From Thermoanaerobaculia bacterium (GTDB lineage: Bacteria > Acidobacteriota > Thermoanaerobaculia > UBA5066 > Gp7-AA6): 64,000 nt of DNA. Below the pieces are notes generated by a model. The model searched no databases, was not told where the DNA came from, and saw only the letters and a list, made by a program, of their open reading frames with translations. Position numbers and translations under genes: made by a program. Where the stretch lies: assembly GCA_035506175.1 (NCBI GenBank), contig DATJPZ010000103.1, positions 16,579 through 80,578 on the forward strand, written 5' to 3'. Positions 1 through 8,424 of this stretch are shown here, one piece after another (position 1 is the first letter of the stretch; each line of letters begins with the position of its first letter).

Positions 1-374
1 CGAACTCCAGCGCGGGGAAGGCTCTCGCCGACGTTCCGGCCGAGGCGACCCTGCGCAAGGTCGGCTACCGGCCCACGTCGGTCGGGAGCGCCGAGCAGCT
101 CGACCGCGCCCTCGCCGAAGGGCACTGGGACGTGATCCTCGCCGACGAGTCCGAGTGCGAAAAGCTGCGTGGTCGTCTTTCGAGCGACGGCGCCGTCCTC
201 GTGCCGGTCCTCTATCGCGCGACGAGCGAGCAGGTGAAGCAGGCGAAGAAACTCTATCCGTGCGTCCTCGAGTCGCCGGCGAAGAGCCAGGCCCTCCTCG
301 ACGCGATCGACGACGCGCTCGCTCTGCGGCCGCGGCCCGCCGCGCCGTCCGACGCCACCCGGACGACGAGTTGA
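1..374 (+). CDS. 5'-truncated CDS; receiver (CheY-like) domain-like C-terminal part of a protein that starts upstream of the window
   Basis: Open in frame 3 from nt 3 (...LRKVGYRPTSVGSAEQLDRALAEGHWDVILADESECEKLRG...), a pattern reminiscent of response-regulator receivers. Stop is at 372-374. Confidence 0.45.
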   Translation, partial: NSSAGKALADVPAEATLRKVGYRPTSVGSAEQLDRALAEGHWDVILADESECEKLRGRLSSDGAVLVPVLYRATSEQVKQAKKLYPCVLESPAKSQALLDAIDDALALRPRPAAPSDATRTTS

Positions 375-384
375 CGCGCGCGGC

Positions 385-1356
385 TTGAGTCGCGCGCTGC
401 GTTTCGCCAGCCGCTTCGCCAACCCCGTCGCCGCGCCCGCGCTCGTCGCTTTCGCCGCCCACGCCGTCCTCGCCACGGCGCCGGCGTCCGCGCAGGCGTG
501 GGTGCCGCCCGGCAAGACGGGCTCGGTGAGCCTCGGATTTCAGTGGATCGACAACACCGGCCACATCCTGGACAACGGCAAGCCCGACGACCTTCACCCC
601 GGGGCGAGCGTCGATGCGTCGCTCTACCTGACCCTCGAATACGCCTTTTCGGACCGTCTGTCGGCCGAAATCGGCCTGCCTTTTGTCTGGGCCAAGTACA
701 TCGGTCCCGGTCCACCTCCCGGTCCGGTCTTCCCGTCGGTCGACAGCTGCTACTGCTGGAACGGCGGCTTCCAGGACTTCGGAATCATCGCGCGCTACAA
801 CGTCATCGGAGAGCCCGGCGGCGCGTTCGCGCTGACGCCCTCGATCGCGTTCGGCGTGCCGAGCAACGACTACGCTTACCAGGGCGAGGCGGTCGTCGGA
901 CGAAACCTCAAAGAGCTCGCGCTGGCAGTCGACGCCGGACAGCGGCTCGACGCGATCTCGCCCGCGCTCTCCGTGCAGGCGCGATACGCGTACGCCTTCG
1001 TGCAGAAGGTCCAGGACATCTCGACCAACCGCAGCAATTTTGCCGTTCAGGTCGCGTATCAGATCACCCGGCCGCTCGCCGTTCAGGGGTTCGCCTGGTG
1101 GCAATGGACGCATGGGGGCCTTCGCGTGCCGGAGGACCTCATCGGGGCCAGCGACGAAATCTGGGCCCAGCACGACCGCCTTCTCCGCAACGACTATTTC
1201 CACGCCGGCGCCGGCATCACGTACTCGTTTCCGCGCCTCGACCTCTACGCGAACTACATCGGGTTCGTCAGCGGGTCCAACACGCACCAGGGCTGGGCCG
1301 CCTCGGTCGGCGTCAGCTGGCCCTTCGAGCTCGGCGGGAGCGACCCGACGCCTTAG
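385..1356 (+). CDS. Secreted outer-membrane beta-barrel-like protein (hypothetical)
   Basis: TTG start. Signal peptide ending ASAQA. Alternating aromatic/hydrophobic strands, Gly/Tyr/Asn-rich, with ...SVGVSWPFE near the C-terminus. Confidence 0.65.
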   Translation: MSRALRFASRFANPVAAPALVAFAAHAVLATAPASAQAWVPPGKTGSVSLGFQWIDNTGHILDNGKPDDLHPGASVDASLYLTLEYAFSDRLSAEIGLPFVWAKYIGPGPPPGPVFPSVDSCYCWNGGFQDFGIIARYNVIGEPGGAFALTPSIAFGVPSNDYAYQGEAVVGRNLKELALAVDAGQRLDAISPALSVQARYAYAFVQKVQDISTNRSNFAVQVAYQITRPLAVQGFAWWQWTHGGLRVPEDLIGASDEIWAQHDRLLRNDYFHAGAGITYSFPRLDLYANYIGFVSGSNTHQGWAASVGVSWPFELGGSDPTP

Positions 1357-1368
1357 GGCGCCGCGGCG

Positions 1369-2868
1369 TCAGCCGATCCGCACGAAGTCGATGAAGCCCC
1401 GGTCGACGTCGGTCGAGATCAGCTTGACGCGCAGCTTGTCGCCGACCTCGAGGCCGTCGAAGCCGTGGACGAGCTTGCCCTCGGCGGGAGGGTCGAACAC
1501 GCGCACCCAGGTCCCCTTCTCGGAGGCGCCCGTGACGACCGCATTGAACGCCTGGCCGATCCGCTGCTCGAGGAGCAGCGCCGCCGCGGACTTGCGGACC
1601 TGGCGCTCGACCTTGTCGGCGTCGTCCTCCTGCTCCGTACAGTGCGCCGCGAGCGCCTCGAGGTCCGAGGCCGCATAGGGCGTCGCCTGGCTCGCCAGCG
1701 CCGCCTTCAGGAGGCGCTGGGTGATCAGGTCGGGAAACCGGCGGTTCGGCGCGGTCGAGTGCGCGTAGTCGCGCACCGCCAGCCCGAAGTGGCCGATCGG
1801 CGGCTGACCCGGCCTCTCGACCACGTACTCGCCCGAACCCATCAGCTTCACGATCACGAGAGACAGATCCGGGAACCGCAACGGGTCGGCCTTCTGCCGC
1901 TTGACGAGAAACGCCTCCAGCGCGCGTGCGTCGGGCTCGCCCGGCAGGCGCTCGCCGTACTGCGCGGCCACCGACACGATCTTCTGCCAGCGCTCGGGCG
2001 AGCGCACGATCCGGCGCAGCGCCGTCACTTTTCGGTCGGCGAGGTAGCGCGCCGTCACGCCGTTGGCCGCGATCATGAAGTCCTCGATCAGCTGGCGCGC
2101 GCGGTTCTTCGCCTGGATCGCCAGTCCCACGATCGTGTCCCCCTCGAAGACGGCGCGCGGCTCGATCGTCTCGAGGTCGAGCGCGCCTTCCTCGTGCCGG
2201 CGCCGCCGCAGCGCCTGCGCCACGCCGTCCTGCAGGCGCAGCTGCTCGACGATTCCCGGGACCGCCGCCGCCCGCGCGGGAAACGCGCCGCCCTCGAGCC
2301 CGACCGACACCGAGTCGTAGGCGAGCTTCGCCTGGTTCCGGACGGCCGCCCGGTACACGTCCGAGCGGCGCAGGCTCCCGTCCTTCTCGACCGTCAGCTC
2401 CACGACGACCGCGGCGCGGTCCTCGTTCTCGTTCAGGGACGTCAGGTCGGTCGAGAGCTTCTCGGGCAGCATCGGGAAAATCTCGGCGGCCGTGTAGACC
2501 GACGTCGTGTTCGTTCGCGCGTGGGCGTCGAGCGCCGTGTCTTTGGCGACGAGCGCGTCGACGTCGGCCACGGCGACGAAGATCGTCACGGCGCCGTCCG
2601 GCAGCGCCTCCGCGACCGTGAGCTGATCGAGGTCGCGGGAGTCGTCGTTGTCGATCGAGCACCACGCGCGCCCGCGCAGGTCGCGCAGGCCGGATCCCGC
2701 CACCGGCGCGGGCCCGCGGATCGCGGACAGCTCCGCGAGCGCGTCGCGCGGGAAATCCGGCTCGAGCCCGCGCTCGACCATGGCCCGGCGGGCGATGCGC
2801 TTCAAGTCCCCGCGGTCGTGACGGCGCTCCCTCGGCACGGCCGGCAGTCTATGCTGAGACGAACGCAT
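1369..2868 (-). CDS. RNB-domain 3'-5' exoribonuclease (RNase II/R family) with C-terminal S1-like domain
   Basis: SIDNDDSRDLDQL acidic motif, a long RNB-like core, and C-terminal GQAFNAVVTGASEKGTWVRV...VGDKLRVKLISTDVDRGFIDF (S1 fold pattern). Confidence 0.85.
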   Translation of the reverse strand: MRSSQHRLPAVPRERRHDRGDLKRIARRAMVERGLEPDFPRDALAELSAIRGPAPVAGSGLRDLRGRAWCSIDNDDSRDLDQLTVAEALPDGAVTIFVAVADVDALVAKDTALDAHARTNTTSVYTAAEIFPMLPEKLSTDLTSLNENEDRAAVVVELTVEKDGSLRRSDVYRAAVRNQAKLAYDSVSVGLEGGAFPARAAAVPGIVEQLRLQDGVAQALRRRRHEEGALDLETIEPRAVFEGDTIVGLAIQAKNRARQLIEDFMIAANGVTARYLADRKVTALRRIVRSPERWQKIVSVAAQYGERLPGEPDARALEAFLVKRQKADPLRFPDLSLVIVKLMGSGEYVVERPGQPPIGHFGLAVRDYAHSTAPNRRFPDLITQRLLKAALASQATPYAASDLEALAAHCTEQEDDADKVERQVRKSAAALLLEQRIGQAFNAVVTGASEKGTWVRVFDPPAEGKLVHGFDGLEVGDKLRVKLISTDVDRGFIDFVRIG

Positions 2869-2891
2869 CAGCGCGGCCCGAGGCCCGGGAC

Positions 2892-2897
2892 TAGAAT
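2892..2897 (+). promoter_or_regulatory. -10-like box TAGAAT 6 nt upstream of GTG 2904 (leaderless-type geometry)
   Basis: ctagaatcgcgccGTG. No Shine-Dalgarno sequence lies between the box and the start. Confidence 0.35.
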
Positions 2898-2903
2898 CGC
2901 GCC

Positions 2904-4427
2904 GTGATCCCGAAGCCGCCGTTCGCGCGGGACCTCACGCCCGAAGCCGAGATCGCCGAGTTCGAGCGGTTGAAGCCCCGCCTCGACGCCCTCTGGAACG
3001 CGCTGTCGGCCCGCGAAGAGGAGCCGTACACCTCGGTGGTGATCCCCTCGCTGACGCTCGACCAGGCGGAGCTCTCCAAGCTCGACGCCGCGAGCTTTTA
3101 CGAGGAGCGCTTGCTGTTTCTCCTGATCCGGCTGCGCAACCCGCAGGCGCGCATGGTCTACGTCACGTCGCAGCCGGTGCACCCGCTGATCCTCGAGTAC
3201 TACTTCCAGCTCCTGGCGGGGATCCCGGCGAGCCACGCCCGCGCGCGGCTGACGCTGCTGTGCGCGCACGACGCCTCGCCGCGCTCGCTGACCGAAAAGA
3301 TCCTCGAGCGCCCGCGCCTGATTCAGCGGATCCGCTACGGCATTCCGGACCCGTCGCGTTCGTTCATGACGGTCTTCAACTCGACGCCGCTCGAGCGCAA
3401 GCTCTCGGTTCTCCTGGGCATCCCGTTGAACGGCGTCGACCCCGCGCTCTCGCCGCTCGGCTCGAAGTCCGGAAGCCGCAAGGTCTTCCGCGAGGCCGGG
3501 GTCGCGCTGCCGGACGGCGCCGAGGACCTGCGCTCCGAGGACGACCTCGTCGACGCGCTCGGGGAGCTGCGCCGGCGGCGGCCGGGCATCCGGCGGGCCG
3601 TCGCCAAGCTCGACGAGAGTTTCTCCGGCGAAGGCAACGCCGTCGTCCGGTATCCCGACGCCGAGGGGCGGGGCGCGCTGCGCGACGCGCTCGCTCAGGC
3701 GTCGTTCGCGGTCCCGTCGGAAACGGCGCCCCGCTTTCTCGAGAAATTCGCGAGCATGGGCGGCATCGTGGAGGAGTTCCTCGAGCGCCCCGCGTCCGCG
3801 TCGCCGTCGGTCCAGCTCCGGATCGACCCGCACGGCGAGGTCGTTCTCCTCTCGACCCACGACCAGATCCTCGGCGGTCCGACCCAGCAGGTCTACCAGG
3901 GCTGCCGCTTCCCCGCGGACGCGCGCTACCGCGTCGCGATCCAGGAGGCGGCGCGCCGTGTCGGCGACGTCCTCGCGAGGAAAGGCGTCGTGAGCCGCTT
4001 CGGCGTCGACTTCTACGTCGGCTGGTCCGACGGCGCGGCGCCCGAGGCGTTCGCCCTGGAGATCAACCTCCGGATGGGCGGCACGACGCACCCGTATCTG
4101 GCGCTCCAGTTCCTCACCGGCGGCCGGCTCGACCCCGCTTCCGGCGCCTTCCTTTCGCCCGGTGGTCATCCGAAGTTCTACCGCTCGACCGACAACCTGC
4201 GGTCCGCGGCGTACCGCGGCCTCTGCCCGGAAGACCTGATCGACATCACGACGATGAACCGGCTCCACTACAGCCACGGCACCGAGACCGGCGCGCTGTT
4301 CCACATGATCGGCGCGCTCTCGCAGTACGGGAAGCTCGGCCTGACCGCGATCGGGAACAGCCGCGAGGAAGCCGACGCCATCTTCGGCTCCGCGCTGGAG
4401 GCGCTCGACCGCGAATCCGCCCGATGA
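2904..4427 (+). CDS. ATP-grasp family protein (PGM1-like carboxylate-amine/peptide ligase-like)
   Basis: 507 aa. The central and C-terminal region resembles an ATP-grasp fold (GSRKVFREAG..., ...FGVDFYVGW...ALEINLRMGGTTHPY). GTG start. Confidence 0.65.
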   Translation: MIPKPPFARDLTPEAEIAEFERLKPRLDALWNALSAREEEPYTSVVIPSLTLDQAELSKLDAASFYEERLLFLLIRLRNPQARMVYVTSQPVHPLILEYYFQLLAGIPASHARARLTLLCAHDASPRSLTEKILERPRLIQRIRYGIPDPSRSFMTVFNSTPLERKLSVLLGIPLNGVDPALSPLGSKSGSRKVFREAGVALPDGAEDLRSEDDLVDALGELRRRRPGIRRAVAKLDESFSGEGNAVVRYPDAEGRGALRDALAQASFAVPSETAPRFLEKFASMGGIVEEFLERPASASPSVQLRIDPHGEVVLLSTHDQILGGPTQQVYQGCRFPADARYRVAIQEAARRVGDVLARKGVVSRFGVDFYVGWSDGAAPEAFALEINLRMGGTTHPYLALQFLTGGRLDPASGAFLSPGGHPKFYRSTDNLRSAAYRGLCPEDLIDITTMNRLHYSHGTETGALFHMIGALSQYGKLGLTAIGNSREEADAIFGSALEALDRESAR

Positions 4428-5335
4428 CGGCGGCGCCGGCACGCTCGCCGCGCGCCTACGCGGGGCTCTCGATCGGCGCGGCCCTCGTGACGATCGCGAT
4501 GAAGACCGTGGCCTGGAAGCTGACGGGATCCGTCGGCCTTCTGTCCGACGCCGCCGAGTCGGTCGTCAACCTCGCGGCCGCGCTGATCGCCCTCTGGGCG
4601 CTGACGGTCGCCGAGCGGCCGCCCTCGCCGACGCACGACTTCGGCTACTCGAAAGCCGAGTACTTCGCCAGCGGCGCCGAGGGATTCCTGATTCTCGCGG
4701 CCGCGTTCGGCATCGCGATCGCGGCGTGGGAGCGCTGGCAGAACCCGCAGCCGATCGCGGACGCCCGGGCGGGCGTGGCCGTGGCGGCGGCCGCTTCGGC
4801 CGTCAACGGCGTGGTCGCGGCCGCGCTCTTTCGCGCGGCCGCCCGGCTGCGCTCGATCACGCTGCGGGCCGACGCCCAGCACCTCATGGCCGACGTCTGG
4901 ACCTCCGTCGGCGTCGTCGTCGGCATCTCCCTCGTGGCGGCGACCGGCTGGCAGCGCCTGGATCCGCTCATCGCGTTCGCGGTCGCGGTCAACATCGTCT
5001 GGACCGGCTGGAAGCTCGTCCGCGAAACGGGACTCGGCCTCCTCGACACGGCCCTTCCCGAAGACGAGCGCGCCCGCGTCACCGCGGCGATCGCCCCGTT
5101 CCAGGAGGAAGGCATTCTGTTCCACGCGATCCGGTCGCGCGTGGCGGGACGACGCCGGTTCGTGACGATGCACGTTCTCGCGCCGGGGAGCTGGACGATC
5201 CAGCGCGGCCACGATCTCTGCGAGTCGATCGAGAAGGCCGTGCGCGAGACGCTCCCGGACGCCCACGTCTTCACGCACCTCGAGCCGCGCGAAGACCCCG
5301 TGTCCTGGGAGGACCGGGGCCTGGACCGGACCTAG
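4424..5335 (+). CDS. Cation diffusion facilitator (CDF) family metal efflux transporter
   Basis: ATGA overlap with the upstream stop. Six TM segments, SDAAESVVN and HLMADVWTS motifs, and a C-terminal cytoplasmic domain (FHAIRSRVAGRRRFVTMHV). Confidence 0.85.
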   Translation: MTAAPARSPRAYAGLSIGAALVTIAMKTVAWKLTGSVGLLSDAAESVVNLAAALIALWALTVAERPPSPTHDFGYSKAEYFASGAEGFLILAAAFGIAIAAWERWQNPQPIADARAGVAVAAAASAVNGVVAAALFRAAARLRSITLRADAQHLMADVWTSVGVVVGISLVAATGWQRLDPLIAFAVAVNIVWTGWKLVRETGLGLLDTALPEDERARVTAAIAPFQEEGILFHAIRSRVAGRRRFVTMHVLAPGSWTIQRGHDLCESIEKAVRETLPDAHVFTHLEPREDPVSWEDRGLDRT

Positions 5336-5338
5336 GAG

Positions 5339-6682
5339 CTAGGCGGACCTGACGGCCTCGGCGAGGGTGACGACGTCGACGAGGCCGCGGCAGGCGTAGA
5401 GCGCGGGCAGGACCCGGGCGGGCGGGTACCGGCGCCGCAGATCCGCCACGGCCTCGGTGCCGGCGCGGTAGGCGGGCAGGTTCATCCGCCCGAAGAGCGG
5501 GTGCCGGCCCCATGCGCCCGCGAACTTTCCGGCGCGCTCCTCGGAGACGAGGCAGTCGCGGCGCACCGCGGCGGCGACCTCTTCCTTCGGCGCGCCTTCC
5601 TGCCAGGTCAGGTACGACGCCTGATTCTTCGCGTCGTCCTGCAGATGCGCCAGCCACAGGCCGATCTGCAGATCCGTGTCGGGCACCTGCTCGACCTCGG
5701 TCAGGCCGAGCGCGATCAGCACGGCGTTGTTGCCGATGCCTTCGGCGAGGGTGCCCCAGCGCGTGTTCATGGCGAGGATCGTCGCCTCGAACCCGACGCG
5801 GCCGCGGACGTAGAGCCCCTGCACCAGCGCGCTCGTCGTGACGTGGCCGGGCACGACCTCGTGACCGACGAGTTGTTCGAACTCGGGGATCGAGATCTCG
5901 AGCGAGGCGTTGATCTCGTAGGTCGCCTCGTACTGCGGCGAGCCGTCGGCGTGGCGCGCGCGCCCGACGTAGTTCATGAAACCGGAGAACCACGCGTCCT
6001 CGATCGGGACGAACGTCATGTTCGCGCGCGGCACGTTCTGGAGATCGGCCGGGAGGTGCGGGGCGAGGTTTTTCGTCGTGGCGGCGTCGAAGCGGGCGAT
6101 GAACGCGTTGGCGAGCGCGGCGATCGACTTCGACGGCACCAGCCGCTCGCGGCGCCAGGCGTCGACCGCGCCGAGGAGCTCCGCGTCCGTCTTCGACGGG
6201 TGGCCGGCGCGCGCGAGGAGCTCGGCGAGGCGCCGCCGCTTCTCCGCCGGCCGCGACGGCTCGGGCGGCCGCCCGGTGGCCGCGCGGACGCACCGCTCGT
6301 AGGACACGGCGCGGCCCCGGCCGAGGATCTCGAGCGAGAGATCCCACATCACCGAAAGGCACTCGGCCAGGCCGTCGAAGAACGCGCCCCGCAGGCCGGG
6401 GAGCTTCCGCCCTTCCGCCGCGACGAACCCGATGGCGCCCGCGACGTCGACGGCCGCGAGATACGCCTCGACCGCGGCATGGTCGGGCTCCTTCGACGCG
6501 ACGCCCCCCGTGCGGCGCAGCAGGGCCGCCGCCGGGTGCGTGTACGCCTCGGGCATCGGCTCGTCCGAGAACCAGGAGTCCACGATCGCGCGGCCCGTCC
6601 CGGAGGGGTTCATGACGTCGCCGCCCCAGAGGGCGTCGAGGCCGAGCAGCGCCGTCGCGGTCCGTTCGTCGAGCGGAGTCAT
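5339..6682 (-). CDS. DUF885-like putative metallopeptidase-like protein
   Basis: Start chosen at the internal ATG (MTPLDERTA...). The upstream ORF extension is Arg/Pro-rich. HEVVPGH motif resembles the HExxPGH signature of DUF885. Confidence 0.55.
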   Translation of the reverse strand: MTPLDERTATALLGLDALWGGDVMNPSGTGRAIVDSWFSDEPMPEAYTHPAAALLRRTGGVASKEPDHAAVEAYLAAVDVAGAIGFVAAEGRKLPGLRGAFFDGLAECLSVMWDLSLEILGRGRAVSYERCVRAATGRPPEPSRPAEKRRRLAELLARAGHPSKTDAELLGAVDAWRRERLVPSKSIAALANAFIARFDAATTKNLAPHLPADLQNVPRANMTFVPIEDAWFSGFMNYVGRARHADGSPQYEATYEINASLEISIPEFEQLVGHEVVPGHVTTSALVQGLYVRGRVGFEATILAMNTRWGTLAEGIGNNAVLIALGLTEVEQVPDTDLQIGLWLAHLQDDAKNQASYLTWQEGAPKEEVAAAVRRDCLVSEERAGKFAGAWGRHPLFGRMNLPAYRAGTEAVADLRRRYPPARVLPALYACRGLVDVVTLAEAVRSA

Positions 6683-6806
6683 TCGGTTCTGCGGCTCCGG
6701 GGCGCCGGCGCGTTCGCCTTGCGCTCCGGAAGGCCGCCGGAATATACCGCAGGCCGTGCAACCCTCCGGGCCCGCTCGGACACTCAGGGCGACGCAGGAG
6801 GCAGAC

Positions 6807-7325
6807 ATGCGGACCTCGATCCTCGCCGGCGTTCTGATCGGAATCCTGGCGCCGCTTCGGACGGGCGCCGGCCCGGCGCCCTCGGGAGACCAGGCGCGCG
6901 CCGCGTTCGAACGGCTCAAGGGCCTCGCCGGGAGCTGGGAGGGTCGCAGCACGAAGGGCTGGGTCGAGACGCTGCGCTACGACGTCATCGCCGGCGGCTC
7001 GACGGTCCTCGAGACCTCGCAGGGCGCGCACCCGGGCGAGACGATGGCGACGGCCTTCTACCTCGACGGTGACCGCCTGATGCTGACGCACTACTGCGTG
7101 GCGAAGAATCAGCCGCGCCTGGCGGCGACCGAGCTCGACGACGACGGAAAGACGATCGTCTTCACCTTCGTGGACGCCGCCAACCTCCCGTCGCGCGACC
7201 AGGGCCACATGGACAAGGCCGTTCTGCGATTCGAGGGGCCCGACCGCGTCGTGTCGCGCTGGACGTGGTACCAGGACGGCCGGGAGAAGTGGTTCGAGGA
7301 CATCGTGCAGACGCGGGCGCGATGA
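6807..7325 (+). CDS. Small secreted protein, DUF1579-like (hypothetical)
   Basis: AGGAGG 6 nt upstream of ATG 6807. Signal peptide MRTSILAGVLIGILAPL. Stop overlaps the sigma-factor start (ATGA). Confidence 0.6.
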   Translation: MRTSILAGVLIGILAPLRTGAGPAPSGDQARAAFERLKGLAGSWEGRSTKGWVETLRYDVIAGGSTVLETSQGAHPGETMATAFYLDGDRLMLTHYCVAKNQPRLAATELDDDGKTIVFTFVDAANLPSRDQGHMDKAVLRFEGPDRVVSRWTWYQDGREKWFEDIVQTRAR

Positions 7326-7873
7326 CTCCCGACACGCCGGACGCGGAGCTCGTCGCACGATTCCTCGCGGACCGGGACGAAGCGGCGTTTCGCGCGCTCT
7401 ACCGGAGCCACGCGCCGTTTCTCTACCGGTTCCTGCTCCGCTCTACCGGCGGTGAGGCGGAGGCGCAGGAGGGTGTGCAGGAGACGTGGGTCCGGGCGAT
7501 CCGCGGCCTCTCCGCGTTCCGCGGGCAGTCGAGCCTCAGGACGTGGCTCGCGGGTATCGCGATCCGGTGGTCGCGCGAGGACGCGCGCCGGCGCGGCCGG
7601 CTCGTCGCGCTGCCGGACGAGGATCCCGCGGCGGCGCCGTTCCCGGACCGCGTCGAGCGCCTGGACCTCGAGCGGGCGCTCGCGGCCCTGCCCGACGGAT
7701 ATCGCGAGGTCCTGATCCTTCACGACGTGGAGGGCTACACGCACGAGGAGGCGGCCCTCCTCCTCGGCGTCGAGCCGGGGACTTCCAAGAGCCAGCTCTC
7801 GCGGGCGCGTCGGGCGCTGCGGGCGCGATTGACCGGAGGAGACGATGGACGATCGAGACGCGCCGACGGCTGA
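7322..7873 (+). CDS. ECF (sigma-70 family) RNA polymerase sigma factor
   Basis: Region 2 (FRALYRSHAPFLYRFLLR...QETWVRA) and region 4 (YREVLILHDVEGYTHEEAALLLGVEPGTSKSQLSRARRALR). Confidence 0.85.
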   Translation: MTPDTPDAELVARFLADRDEAAFRALYRSHAPFLYRFLLRSTGGEAEAQEGVQETWVRAIRGLSAFRGQSSLRTWLAGIAIRWSREDARRRGRLVALPDEDPAAAPFPDRVERLDLERALAALPDGYREVLILHDVEGYTHEEAALLLGVEPGTSKSQLSRARRALRARLTGGDDGRSRRADG

Positions 7874-8405
7874 CGAGGCGAGGATGCTGCGAGCGCTCGG
7901 CGACGGAGTGGCGCCCCCCGCCGGGCTCGAGGACGCGACCGTCGCGAGGCTCGCGCGGGAGGGGCTCCTCGGGCGGCCGCGGTGGCGGCGCCTCGGCCCG
8001 GGGCTCGCGGCCGCCGCGGCCGTCGCCCTCTTCGCGGCCGGTCTGGCCGTCGGCGAGCGCCGCGGCGGCGTCCGGGCGCCCGACCCGGGGGTCAAGCGCT
8101 ACGTCCTGCTCCTCTACGACGCGCCCGACGAGGGGGCGATGACGTCCTCCGACAGGGAGCGGCGCGTGTCGGAGTACCGGGACTGGGCGCAGGACGTGCG
8201 GCGGCGCGGGGGACGGATCGAGGGAGAGAAGCTCGAGGACGAGGCGCTTCGGCTCGGCCCGGCCGAGCCGGCGCCCGGCCGGCCGATCGGCGGCTACTTC
8301 GTCGTTTCCGCGGCCGACGACGCGGCGGCCCTCGCCATCGCGCGGTCCTGCCCGCACCTGAAGCACGGCGGCGCCATCGAGGTCCGCGCGATCGCGAAGA
8401 CCTGA
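7845..8405 (+). CDS. Putative membrane-anchored anti-sigma factor with extracytoplasmic YCII-like domain
   Basis: 29-nt overlap with the sigma gene. Single TM (LGPGLAAAAAVALFAAGLAV). C-terminal KRYVLLLYDAPDE...GGYFVVSAADDAAALAIARSCPHLKHGGAIEVRAI resembles YCII. Confidence 0.55.
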   Translation: MDDRDAPTADEARMLRALGDGVAPPAGLEDATVARLAREGLLGRPRWRRLGPGLAAAAAVALFAAGLAVGERRGGVRAPDPGVKRYVLLLYDAPDEGAMTSSDRERRVSEYRDWAQDVRRRGGRIEGEKLEDEALRLGPAEPAPGRPIGGYFVVSAADDAAALAIARSCPHLKHGGAIEVRAIAKT

Positions 8406-8424
8406 TCTCGCGGCGCCGACGACG

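Noticed and set aside
5271-7358. 695-aa minus-strand ORF and other very long ORFs overlapping 5339-7325
   Set aside because: The translation is Arg/Pro/Gly/Ala-rich low complexity, typical of off-frame or antisense reading of GC-rich genes. It overlaps ORFs that have recognisable domains.
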